Assembly (NCBI GenBank): GCA_964455555.1
Contig: CAYVXV010000004.1
Location: 7,771-71,770, forward strand
DNA length: 64,000 nucleotides
Direction: 5' to 3'
DNA from: an uncultured Pseudomonadales bacterium
GTDB taxonomy: Bacteria > Patescibacteriota > Microgenomatia > UBA1400 > PJMF01
A program made the position numbers and the translations under genes. How positions within the stretch are numbered: position 1 is the first letter of the stretch; each line of letters opens with the position of its first letter. Below the pieces are notes generated by a model. It did not search any database and was not told where the DNA came from. It saw only the letters and a list, made by a program, of their open reading frames with translations. Shown piece after piece: positions 55,434 through 64,000 of this stretch.

Positions 55434-56123
55434 GTGTTCACTATGTCAAAACTAATCATTGCCAACTGGAAATCACATAAATCCCCTCAAGAAGCAGAAT
55501 CCTGGATGAAAGTAATCTCAACGGAGAAAAAACAGTTTTCTGAAAACGTTAAAGTGGTTGTGGCTCCGGCTTTCCCGTTGCTGCCAGTTGTTGCAGAAAT
55601 GGCCGAGTCTGCTGGCGTCCAGCTTGGTGCGCAGGATTTAAGCCCTTTTGAAGCAGGCGCCTACACTGGTGCCGTTTCAGCTCACAACCTAAAAGGCTTG
55701 TCTGTAAAATATGCGTTGCTCGGCCACTCGGAGAGGCGCCTGTATTTCAATGAAACTCACCTGGATGTAGCCCGCAAGGTGGTTCAGGCAGTTGAGCACG
55801 GGTTGACCCCGGTGGTTTGTGTCGACAGCGATTTTATCTATGAGCAGGCAGCCATGATTGAAGACGAATACTTGGAGCAATGCGTTGTTGCTTATGAACC
55901 GGCCGGTGCGATTGGCACAGGCAACAATGAAGACGTTGGCAAGGTCAGGCGCAATTCTAAAAAGATCAGGGATGCTTTTGGTGACGACATCAACATTCTT
56001 TACGGCGGCAGTGTTGCTCCGGAAAATATCGGCGAGTACATGCTGGTTACTGATGGAGCGCTGGTAGGCGGAGCCTCTTTGGATGCTGAAGAGTTTGCCA
56101 GGCTTGTTCAGGCGGTTGAATAA
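55434..56123 (+). CDS. tpiA: Triosephosphate isomerase
   Basis: IANWKSHK, GHSERR and AYEPAGAIGTG motifs; start may be GTG at 55434 or ATG at 55443. Confidence 0.9.
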   Translation: MFTMSKLIIANWKSHKSPQEAESWMKVISTEKKQFSENVKVVVAPAFPLLPVVAEMAESAGVQLGAQDLSPFEAGAYTGAVSAHNLKGLSVKYALLGHSERRLYFNETHLDVARKVVQAVEHGLTPVVCVDSDFIYEQAAMIEDEYLEQCVVAYEPAGAIGTGNNEDVGKVRRNSKKIRDAFGDDINILYGGSVAPENIGEYMLVTDGALVGGASLDAEEFARLVQAVE

Positions 56124-56145
56124 TTGTATTTTACCTTGGTCAACA

Positions 56146-57831
56146 TCACTTAGCTCTATAGATTGAATACCAGTAATCTTCGTTTATAACAGGAAATATT
56201 TTATTGTACCTAGTGTTGTCTGCTCCCCAAACTTCTATCTCCTGATGCCCTATAAAAACATAGTCCACATTATATTTTTCAAAAATATGCTCCGAGCTTT
56301 CGGGTTCAGCAAACATCATTGATAGATCGGCTTCAACCTCCAGATAATCATATCCATGTGACCACAGCCATCCTCGATAAGACATTATCGTCTGGCGCCC
56401 AGCCAGGCTGCCCAGCCAGCCATGATGGTCATCATGAGCAATCCATATTGAATCCGGGCTGGTATTTTTTCTAACCCACTCTGCAGCCTCAAGATCACGA
56501 TTTTGGAACATTGTAAAATTAAAGCTTTCAAATTGAATAATTCTAATTGCATCAAAGCCGCCTGACAGAATACTCATTGCAAACAGCAGGACAGCCAGGA
56601 ATTTTTTTAGAGTGTTCCCCTGCCATAGCCGTTGGAGAAAATAAGCAGCTAGGCCGGCAAAGCCAAGGGCGGCCCAGACAATTATTTTTGTGTTATCCCA
56701 GTTCCAAGGTTGAAACTTTACTAAGTTGGCTGCGGCAAACAGCAGAAAAAACGGCAGAAAAATCATTGCCAATCCACGTTTCTTCTGGTAAAGCAACACC
56801 AAGCCAATGAAAGCGAGTAGGGGGACAACACCCCAGTTCAGCAGCCAGAATTTTATCCAAGGCAGGTTGTACACCGGCGCCAGCCAACCCGGTTCCCAAA
56901 CAAAAAATTGTTTATTGAGAGTGCCTCTTATAAAAATATTGGTTATTAGTGCGCCGACAGAAGCCGCCAAGACCCCTGCCGCTGTCCAACGGGCAAGAAC
57001 AGGCAGCTTCCACCTGTTGGTGATTGCTGCAGCTAAAAACCAACCGGTCAAAATGACGGCCACAGCAATGGCGGTGTGGGTGTGAATTATCGGCAGAAAG
57101 CCAATCGACATTAAAGTCAGGAGAAAAAGCGGGTTTTTTGGAGGCTTTTTTTCAGTTGAAGTTAGGTAACGGAACATCAGTGTTAACAGAATCAGGGCTA
57201 TCGGCAGCCCTAAGGTAAACGCCCGCTGCGGCAGAAGCATGCTGTCTATGATAGAAATCCATTTAATCCCTGCCTCAGGGTTATTGGTTGCGGGTGTGGC
57301 GGCCAACCAAAGATTATTTCCTGATTCCCAGGCTGCAATCATAGATTGGATACTATAGATAAATCCTAAACCTCCATTGAGCATAAATAATGAGGCAGCG
57401 GCTGCAGCAATTTTTTTTGACCGGAAAATTGTGCGGTAAAACCAGTAAAGCGCTACGATCCCCAGGACTGAAAAAATCAAGCTGGGAATGACAAATGCCG
57501 GCACTAGCTTGACTCCAAATTTCATCAACAAACCGGAGAATACATCAGCGACAAGCGGATACTGCAGAGGCTCTGTTATCAGCAAGGGATTTTGTGAAAG
57601 AATTCCTGTCCCCCGCTCAACAAAAGAAGTGCCGATCATAAAATGAAGCACCCAATCCCCCCAAGTATTTACATGGCGGGCAATCAAATCTCCGGTTTCA
57701 GAATAAATAAATAGATTGGACCATAGGTAAATAAAGTAGGTAGCCCATCCGCCTAAGAAGAAAATTTCAAACCAATTTTGGCGAAAAAAAACACGGATCA
57801 ATTTTGGCAACAGTTTTTGTTTGGCTGTCAT
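56146..57831 (-). CDS. Large polytopic membrane protein with C-terminal extracytoplasmic domain (PMT/ArnT/YfhO-like glycosyltransferase fold?)
   Basis: 561 aa; about 12 TM helices; globular Trp/Tyr-rich C-terminal domain. Confidence 0.3.
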   Translation of the reverse strand: MTAKQKLLPKLIRVFFRQNWFEIFFLGGWATYFIYLWSNLFIYSETGDLIARHVNTWGDWVLHFMIGTSFVERGTGILSQNPLLITEPLQYPLVADVFSGLLMKFGVKLVPAFVIPSLIFSVLGIVALYWFYRTIFRSKKIAAAAASLFMLNGGLGFIYSIQSMIAAWESGNNLWLAATPATNNPEAGIKWISIIDSMLLPQRAFTLGLPIALILLTLMFRYLTSTEKKPPKNPLFLLTLMSIGFLPIIHTHTAIAVAVILTGWFLAAAITNRWKLPVLARWTAAGVLAASVGALITNIFIRGTLNKQFFVWEPGWLAPVYNLPWIKFWLLNWGVVPLLAFIGLVLLYQKKRGLAMIFLPFFLLFAAANLVKFQPWNWDNTKIIVWAALGFAGLAAYFLQRLWQGNTLKKFLAVLLFAMSILSGGFDAIRIIQFESFNFTMFQNRDLEAAEWVRKNTSPDSIWIAHDDHHGWLGSLAGRQTIMSYRGWLWSHGYDYLEVEADLSMMFAEPESSEHIFEKYNVDYVFIGHQEIEVWGADNTRYNKIFPVINEDYWYSIYRAK

Positions 57832-57865
57832 AAGGCAGGCTTAAAAGAAGAGTTTTTTTAGCGGC

Positions 57866-58789
57866 CTACTCTTCTAATGTTGTATATTGGCCGCTGGCCC
57901 AGCCTTCCTCGCCTTGAAAGCTAATTTTATGCCAGCCGGTAGTTGTTTCCTCCAGGTAAGGGTGAAAAGAGCCGACTTGAGCAAAACCAAGCTCTCGGCC
58001 ATTGGCGCCCGGCAGGTTTCTAATTCTTAGCACTTCCTCTCCATTTTGGAAAAAGTTGGTAGAGTTAATGCGAATTCTAGGCAGGCTGACTTCTGAGCTT
58101 GATTGGCCTGCAAGCTGCTGAGTTCTGGCAGATTGGGTGGCTGCTGAGGTTTCTGTATTGGTTGAACTTGTGGCAGTCTCAGAGCTGTCTAGGTCGCTGA
58201 GACCAATGCCACCAGCACCATTAGGATTTTCCTTTGCTAGTTTAACTGTCACCAGCATCCTGTATCCTTGTGCAACATCAACTGTGTACTCTTGAAATTC
58301 ATATGATGGCAATGTGACATTGAGTGAGTTGTGCCCCGGTTCAACATTGGTATAGAGCACGGGAGAGAACTCTTTTTCCCTTCCGGCTAGGGTTACAATT
58401 GCCCCATCCGGAATCGTGACAACAGAAATTTCTGCAGAAGATTTATTTTTCAAGGGTTCAAGTTCATAAATAACGCCTCCGCTGAACTCCGCCCTTGTTC
58501 CCGGTTTCCAGGTTACTACAGTCAGTGTTCCGGGGCGCAGATTAACAGTTGTCTCGTGAGGAACATAATCCGGGTTGTCAGGCTGAATTCGCAGGGTATA
58601 TGTTCCAGGCTGAAGGTTTTTTTCCACCAAAGGGGTTTTTTCCAAGTAAGTGTCATTGATAAAAATTGCACTGTCTACTTGGTCTGTAACAACTTGAAGC
58701 CCAGCCTTTTGCTTCTTATCCAACAAACTGCAGGCTGAAAAAATTGCACTGCTGCTTAGCAGGATCAGGATAACTACCAGTGTCCTCAT
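57866..58789 (-). CDS. Lipoprotein with PEGA-like beta domains and SH3b-like C-terminus
   Basis: Signal with lipobox IFSAC; PEGA-like segments (IFINDTYLEKTPLV...LQPGTYTLRIQ); C-terminal GWHKISFQGEEGWASGQY. Confidence 0.45.
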   Translation of the reverse strand: MRTLVVILILLSSSAIFSACSLLDKKQKAGLQVVTDQVDSAIFINDTYLEKTPLVEKNLQPGTYTLRIQPDNPDYVPHETTVNLRPGTLTVVTWKPGTRAEFSGGVIYELEPLKNKSSAEISVVTIPDGAIVTLAGREKEFSPVLYTNVEPGHNSLNVTLPSYEFQEYTVDVAQGYRMLVTVKLAKENPNGAGGIGLSDLDSSETATSSTNTETSAATQSARTQQLAGQSSSEVSLPRIRINSTNFFQNGEEVLRIRNLPGANGRELGFAQVGSFHPYLEETTTGWHKISFQGEEGWASGQYTTLEE

Positions 58790-58807
58790 ACCTAGTAGTG
58801 TACCATG

Positions 58808-61381
58808 CTAACTGACTAGTTTTTTAAAAGATGTAGGGGGTTTGGTTAAGGCCAGCATTAGCACCTCCGAGATATGGCTGACCGGCTTAAAAGTGATTTC
58901 TTTTTTTACTGCATCAGGCAGCTTGTCTAAGTCGCGGGCATTTTCAGCCGGTATCAAGATAGTTTTGCTGCCTGCTCTGTGAGCGGCAATGCTTTTTTCT
59001 TTAAGCCCGCCGATTCTTAAGATGCGCCCTCTCAGGGTAACCTCGCCTGTCATGGCCACATCTTTTTTAACCGGAATATTGGTAAAGGCTGAAACGATGG
59101 CGGTGGTAATGGTGACGCCAGCCGAAGGCCCATCTTTTGGCACGCCGCCTTCAGGTACGTGGATGTGGACGTCAGTTTTTTTGACCACCTCTTCATCTAT
59201 GCCGAGCCCATGGGCATTTGATTTGACATAAGTTAGAGCAGCTTGAGCTGATTCCTTCATTACGTCGCCAAGAGTTCCGGTTAGTTTAATTTCCCCTTTC
59301 CCTGGAGTCAGGGCAACCTCGATAAAGAGTACGTCTCCACCCACGCTGGTAAATGCCAGCCCAGTAGCCTGGCCAATGATATCCTCCTTTTCTGCCAAGG
59401 TGACATCAAATTTTTGTGGGCCGAGGTAATCTGTTAAAGTTTTCTTAGTGATTGTGACTTTTTCTTCGGTCGCCAGCTCATCACTGTCGCTTTCAAGTAG
59501 TTCGCGGGCAACTTTTCTCATGATTTTACTTAGAGTTCTTTCAAGATTTCGGACGCCGGCCTCACGAGTATAGTGGTCGATGATATCCTCGATAACTGCG
59601 CCGGATATAGAAATCTGCTCTTCACTCAGGCTGTTTGCTTCCAACACCTTGTTGAGCAGGTGTTTATTGGCAATATGAAATTTTTCTTCTTGAGTGTAGC
59701 CAGCATAGTTGATTATTTCCAACCTATCCTTGAGGGCAGGAGGGATGGTATCCAGCCGGTTAGCTGTGGTAATGAAGATCACCTTTGACAGATCAAAAGG
59801 AATGTCAATGTAGTGATCCTCGAATTTATTATTTTGTTCAGGATCCAAAGCTTCCAGCAGTGCAGCTGAGGGGTCGCCTTTGTAGTCGCCGCCGATTTTA
59901 TCAACTTCATCTAACATGAAAACCGGGTTTTTTGTGCCGGCATTTTTAATGCCGCTGATGATTTTTCCAGCCATGGCTCCGACGTAAGTTCGACGGTGGC
60001 CGCGGATTTCTGCTTCATCTTTAATTCCGCCAAGTGAGACCTTAACAAATTTTCTGCCCAGGGCTTCAGCAATTGACCGGCCGATGCTGGTCTTGCCTAC
60101 TCCCGGCGGCCCGGCAAAACATAGAATTGTTGGCAAGTTGGCTTTTGTGGAGGCAACGGAGTCTGTTTCATTACGCTGCTGCCTGAGCTGCATGACTGCA
60201 ATGTATTCGAGTATCCGGTCTTTCACTTCCTCCAGGCCGTAGTGGTTCTTTTCTAATACTGCTGCAGCTTTTTTTAGATCAACACTGCCAAGATATTCAT
60301 CATCCCAGGGCAACTCAAAAATTGTGTCGAGCCAACTGCGGACGTAGCCGGCCTCCGGGTTGTTCACAGACATCTGCCGCAAGCGCTTGATTTCTTTGCT
60401 GATTTTCTTTTTAGTGTCAGGTTCAAGATTTAATTTTTTAAGCCTCTTTTCATATTCGCCCACAACCTCTTCATCGTCGTCAATTTCACCAAGTTCTCGC
60501 TTAATGGTATTTAAACGCTCCCTGAGAATATTTTCCCTCATGCTTTTATCAAACTTTTCCTGGGTCTTATGCACCACATCTTTTTCAATCTCAAGCACTT
60601 TCATTTCATGAGTCAGGTGCTTGATGACTAATTTCATTCTGTCTTTGACCTCAACGGTTTCCAAGACGTGTTGTTTTTCTTGTGAGTCAATGCTTAGAGT
60701 GCTGGCTATTTGGTCTACCAGTTCGCCATGGGTGACCCCACCCATAAGCTTCATAAAGTTTAGGAACTCTACGGGTTTGCCCATGTGGACGGCCTTGCGG
60801 AACTCCTTTTGCAGGTGGGCAACCATTGCCTTCATTTCTTCATCTTTTGTTTCTATATCAGGAAGTTTGGCCACCTCTGTGGTAAACATTGGAGTGGTTT
60901 CAATAAAACGGAGAATTTTAACCCTGCCTATACCGCGGACCAGTGCATTGACACTGTCCTCTGTTTTTAGAGTTTTCTCAATAATCGCTAAAGTACCGAT
61001 CTCAAAAAGGTCGGAAGGCTTGGGATAATCAATCTTAGGGTCGCGCTGGGTAACCAGAACAACCAGTTTTTTGCTGCCGTTGGCTGCTTTCAGGGCGTTA
61101 AGAGAAACTTTCCGGCCGAAAGTCAGAACAGATTCGGTACTGGGAAACAGGACTCCTTCCCTAATCGGAATGGTAGGAAGTTTCAGCAGTTCTTCAGAGC
61201 GTTTTCTGATTGTTTTTTTTGATTTGGCGGCAGTGTTGTTGCCCTTCTTTGGAGTCATGGCATTGCTGGTTTGGTCTTTCATGACTTTGACCAAATCACG
61301 CACTCCTCTCTCTGGAGGAGTACTGTCTTGAGACTGTTTTTTATTCTTGGATTTAGGGTTTTTTGAAGTGTCATTCTTCAT
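58808..61381 (-). CDS. lon: ATP-dependent Lon protease
   Basis: LON N-domain; Walker A GPPGVGKTS; C-terminal Ser-Lys protease motif PKDGPSAG; 857 aa. Confidence 0.9.
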   Translation of the reverse strand: MKNDTSKNPKSKNKKQSQDSTPPERGVRDLVKVMKDQTSNAMTPKKGNNTAAKSKKTIRKRSEELLKLPTIPIREGVLFPSTESVLTFGRKVSLNALKAANGSKKLVVLVTQRDPKIDYPKPSDLFEIGTLAIIEKTLKTEDSVNALVRGIGRVKILRFIETTPMFTTEVAKLPDIETKDEEMKAMVAHLQKEFRKAVHMGKPVEFLNFMKLMGGVTHGELVDQIASTLSIDSQEKQHVLETVEVKDRMKLVIKHLTHEMKVLEIEKDVVHKTQEKFDKSMRENILRERLNTIKRELGEIDDDEEVVGEYEKRLKKLNLEPDTKKKISKEIKRLRQMSVNNPEAGYVRSWLDTIFELPWDDEYLGSVDLKKAAAVLEKNHYGLEEVKDRILEYIAVMQLRQQRNETDSVASTKANLPTILCFAGPPGVGKTSIGRSIAEALGRKFVKVSLGGIKDEAEIRGHRRTYVGAMAGKIISGIKNAGTKNPVFMLDEVDKIGGDYKGDPSAALLEALDPEQNNKFEDHYIDIPFDLSKVIFITTANRLDTIPPALKDRLEIINYAGYTQEEKFHIANKHLLNKVLEANSLSEEQISISGAVIEDIIDHYTREAGVRNLERTLSKIMRKVARELLESDSDELATEEKVTITKKTLTDYLGPQKFDVTLAEKEDIIGQATGLAFTSVGGDVLFIEVALTPGKGEIKLTGTLGDVMKESAQAALTYVKSNAHGLGIDEEVVKKTDVHIHVPEGGVPKDGPSAGVTITTAIVSAFTNIPVKKDVAMTGEVTLRGRILRIGGLKEKSIAAHRAGSKTILIPAENARDLDKLPDAVKKEITFKPVSHISEVLMLALTKPPTSFKKLVS

Positions 61382-61492
61382 AGATTAGCATTCTAACTTT
61401 TTGACTGCTAAAGTGCAAGTACGAGTCTTTCTATACCTTAAAACTTGTCACTCTACTGCATTGTTTACAACTGAAAACCTGATGAAATGGGG

Positions 61493-61566
61493 TGGGTGAC
61501 AATGGACTCGAACCATTGACCTCAGTCTTATCAGGACTGCGCTCTAACCAGCTGAGCTAGTCACCC
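61493..61566 (-). tRNA. tRNA-Ile (anticodon GAU)
   Basis: Acceptor GGGTGAC/GTCACCC, D-arm GCTC-AGCTGGTTA-GAGC, anticodon loop CTGATAA, T-arm AATGG-TTCGAGT-CCATT. Confidence 0.85.
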
Positions 61567-61691
61567 ACTTTGAGGTTAAATTGACGGGATAAACGAACCA
61601 CCCGGCGAAGTATTATTGTAACATATTAATTTTACTTGTCCGCCCTTAAACTCGCTGATAGCTTGAGGTGATCAATGGTTATAGTTATTGC

Positions 61692-64000
61692 CTAGGACTT
61701 CTTTTTCAGCGCTAGTTGCTCACCTTTTATCGAAGCGACAACCTCGTCCCCGTCACTAATCTCTCCTTCGATAATCATCATAGAGAGCTGATCTAGGATT
61801 TCAGTTTGTATAAGTCTTTTAAGTGGCCTGGCACCAAAAACCGGATCATAACCCTTTTTAGCCAGAAGATTGGCAGCTGCATCGGAAACAGTAATCCTTA
61901 TATTTTTTCCCGATAATCGCCTACTGACCTCTTGCAGTTGCAGTTTCACTACTTGGGCAATTTCATTTTCACTCAACGGTTTAAAGATTATTATTTCATC
62001 CAGCCTGTTAAGAAACTCAGGTCGGAAATGCTGCCGAACTACCTGGCGGACTGCCTCTTCCTGCTCCTTCGGTTTATCTTTTAATTCCTGAATTAGGTCA
62101 CTGCCAAGGTTGGAGGTCATAATAATAACCGTATTTTTAAAGTCTACCGTCCTGCCCTTACTGTCAGTGAGCCGCCCATCCTCAAGTACTTGAAGGAGGA
62201 TATTAAATACTTCTTGGTGGGCTTTTTCTATTTCATCAAAAAGAATCACGCTATAAGGATGGCGGCGGATTGCTTCAGTGAGCTGCCCGCCTTCTTCATA
62301 ACCTACATACCCCGGCGGTGAGCCAATTAATCTAGCCACAGAGTGGCGTTCCATATATTCGCTCATGTCGATCCGCACCATCATATCCTGGTCATTAAAT
62401 AGGAATTCAGCTAAGGCTCTGGCGGTTTCTGTTTTTCCCACACCAGTGGGGCCTAAAAAGAGGAATGAACCGATCGGCCTGCCGGTTGCTTGAATTCCGG
62501 CGCGGCTGCGCCTGACAGCATTGGAAACGGCAGTCAGAGCCTCCGACTGCCCCACCACTCTCTGCTTAAGTTCTTCTTCCATCCGGACTAGTTTTTCACT
62601 TTCTTCCGAAAGCATTTTTTCTACAGGAATGCCGGTCCAACGGGCAATGACCGAAGCAATATCCTCCTCGGTCACCTCTTCTTTAAGGATTTTTTGCCCG
62701 GCTTGAACCTTCTTTAATTCTTTGGTCAATTCGTCTAGCCGCCTCTGGGTTTCAGGTATCTCACCATAATTTATCTCTGCTACTCTCTGTAGATTAAGAT
62801 TGCGCTCTTCTTGGATCGCTTCTTCTCTCAGTTGATCCAGTTTTATATTCAAGTCTTTGACTTCGTCGATAACTTTCTTTTCATTTTGCCAATGCAGTTC
62901 TAATCTGGAATATTCCTCATTGAGCTCGGACAGCTCCTTTTCTAACTCTGCCAATCGTTGTTTCGATGTATCGTCCTCCTCTTTTTTTAAAGCCTGCTTT
63001 TCAATTTCTAGTTGGCGGACCCTTCTTTCCAACTGGTCTAAAACAGTAGGTTTGCTATCAATCTCAATCTTAATGCCGGAAGCAGCTTCATCCATGAGAT
63101 CTATAGCCTTGTCGGGAAGAAAGCGGTCGGCTATATAGCGGTCTGACAACCTGGCGGCTGCTACCAAAGCGTTGTCCCTAATCCTAACACCATGATGGGC
63201 TTCATACTTTTCTTTGATGCCCCGGAGGATGGAGATTGTATCTTCTACTGACGGCTCTTCGACCATCACCGGTTGAAAACGCCGCTCCAAAGCTGCATCT
63301 TTTTCAATATATTGTCTGTATTCTTTGAGAGTAGTGGCGCCGATAGTTCTCAGTGAGCCACGCGCCAGTGCCGGCTTGAGCAGATTTCCCGCATCTGTGG
63401 AGCCTTCGGCTGCCCCAGCTCCGACAATAGTATGAAGCTCGTCGATGAATAAGATTATTTCACCTTCGGCCGCTTCAATTTCGTTAATCACAGCTTTGAG
63501 CCTGTCCTCAAACTCACCGCGGTATTTGGCGCCGGCAACTAACGAGCCCATATCCAAAGCCAGAATGCGTTTGTTTCTGAGCAGGTCGGGAATATCGTTG
63601 TCAATAATTTTTTTTGCTAAACCCTCAATGATGGCTGTTTTTCCGACACCAGGCTCACCGACTAAAACAGGATTGTTTTTGGTTCGGCGGGAAAGGATTT
63701 GCAGGACGCGGCGGATTTCCGCATCCCGGCCGATAACAGGGTCAATCTTGCCTTCTCTTGCCAACTTAGTAAAATCCAAAGTGTATTTTTCCAGCGATTG
63801 ATATTTGCCCTCAGGATCTTTATCCACTACTTTTTGATTGCCGCGGACGTCACCTAAAGCTTCCAACACTTGTTTTTTGGAAAGCTTAAAAATTTCCTTA
63901 ATATTTTTTTGCCCAAGCAAGGCGAGGAACAGATGTTCGACACTCACGTACTCATCTTTTAAGTTATCTGCCTCCTGCTCAGCTTGGTCAAACACCTGTC
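61692..64000 (-). CDS. clpB: Chaperone ClpB (AAA+ disaggregase); partial, running off the window end
   Basis: Two AAA+ modules (GEPGVGKTA and GPTGVGKTE Walker A); coiled-coil middle domain; clpB-like signature; ORF open to the window end. Confidence 0.9.
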   Translation of the reverse strand, partial: QVFDQAEQEADNLKDEYVSVEHLFLALLGQKNIKEIFKLSKKQVLEALGDVRGNQKVVDKDPEGKYQSLEKYTLDFTKLAREGKIDPVIGRDAEIRRVLQILSRRTKNNPVLVGEPGVGKTAIIEGLAKKIIDNDIPDLLRNKRILALDMGSLVAGAKYRGEFEDRLKAVINEIEAAEGEIILFIDELHTIVGAGAAEGSTDAGNLLKPALARGSLRTIGATTLKEYRQYIEKDAALERRFQPVMVEEPSVEDTISILRGIKEKYEAHHGVRIRDNALVAAARLSDRYIADRFLPDKAIDLMDEAASGIKIEIDSKPTVLDQLERRVRQLEIEKQALKKEEDDTSKQRLAELEKELSELNEEYSRLELHWQNEKKVIDEVKDLNIKLDQLREEAIQEERNLNLQRVAEINYGEIPETQRRLDELTKELKKVQAGQKILKEEVTEEDIASVIARWTGIPVEKMLSEESEKLVRMEEELKQRVVGQSEALTAVSNAVRRSRAGIQATGRPIGSFLFLGPTGVGKTETARALAEFLFNDQDMMVRIDMSEYMERHSVARLIGSPPGYVGYEEGGQLTEAIRRHPYSVILFDEIEKAHQEVFNILLQVLEDGRLTDSKGRTVDFKNTVIIMTSNLGSDLIQELKDKPKEQEEAVRQVVRQHFRPEFLNRLDEIIIFKPLSENEIAQVVKLQLQEVSRRLSGKNIRITVSDAAANLLAKKGYDPVFGARPLKRLIQTEILDQLSMMIIEGEISDGDEVVASIKGEQLALKKKS

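Noticed and set aside
1-64000. CRISPR arrays, IS elements/transposases, integrases, rRNA genes
   Set aside because: No regularly spaced direct repeats, no transposase- or integrase-like ORFs, and no rRNA-like sequence were seen by eye anywhere in the window.

Overview
The window is gene-dense (about 90% coding, GC about 45-47%) and reads like a small-genome, monoderm-type bacterium. Several features suggest a Patescibacteria/CPR-like (possibly Saccharibacteria-like) lineage: the trigger factor lacks the PPIase domain, pheT is short, an ACP homolog lacks the phosphopantetheine serine, there are many TPR/PMT-type membrane glycosyltransferase-like proteins, and rRNA-independent tRNA genes. This lineage call is inference only.

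The dominant feature is an extensive type IV pilus (T4P) system split over two loci. Locus 1 (1-13151) carries pilB (5'-truncated by the window edge), pilT, pilC, a major pilin, an intrinsic terminator, the prepilin peptidase pilD, a Cys-rich membrane-anchored unknown, and four tandem minor pilins. These converge (with a 4-nt overlap) on a minus-strand operon that encodes a 1388-aa extremely Cys/Gly/Thr/Asn-rich membrane-anchored giant protein plus another pilin-like gene. That giant protein is a candidate undescribed pilus tip adhesin, functionally analogous to PilY1. Locus 2 (16970-20202) carries a PilX-like protein and pilM-pilN-pilO. No secretin was seen. The competence gene comM/yifB lies elsewhere in the window.

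The remaining genes are housekeeping:
- rpsP plus a KH-domain protein, rnc, nusB, and an ACP-like gene.
- recG, and a tyrS-pheT-pheS aminoacyl-tRNA synthetase operon with a candidate attenuator leader.
- PBP1A, infC-rpmI-rplT, tig, miaB-miaA, and rnpB (RNase P RNA, missed by the ORF track).
- uppP, gap, pyrH, a FemAB-family gene, uvrD/pcrA, tpiA, lon, and clpB (3' gene, truncated by the window edge).
- Three tRNAs: Val-GAC, Cys-GCA, Ile-GAU.

One 0.8-kb gene (37924-38685) has a clearly foreign high GC content of about 59%. It encodes a secreted protein and sits 0.5 kb from tRNA-Val. No CRISPR array, IS element or rRNA gene was seen.
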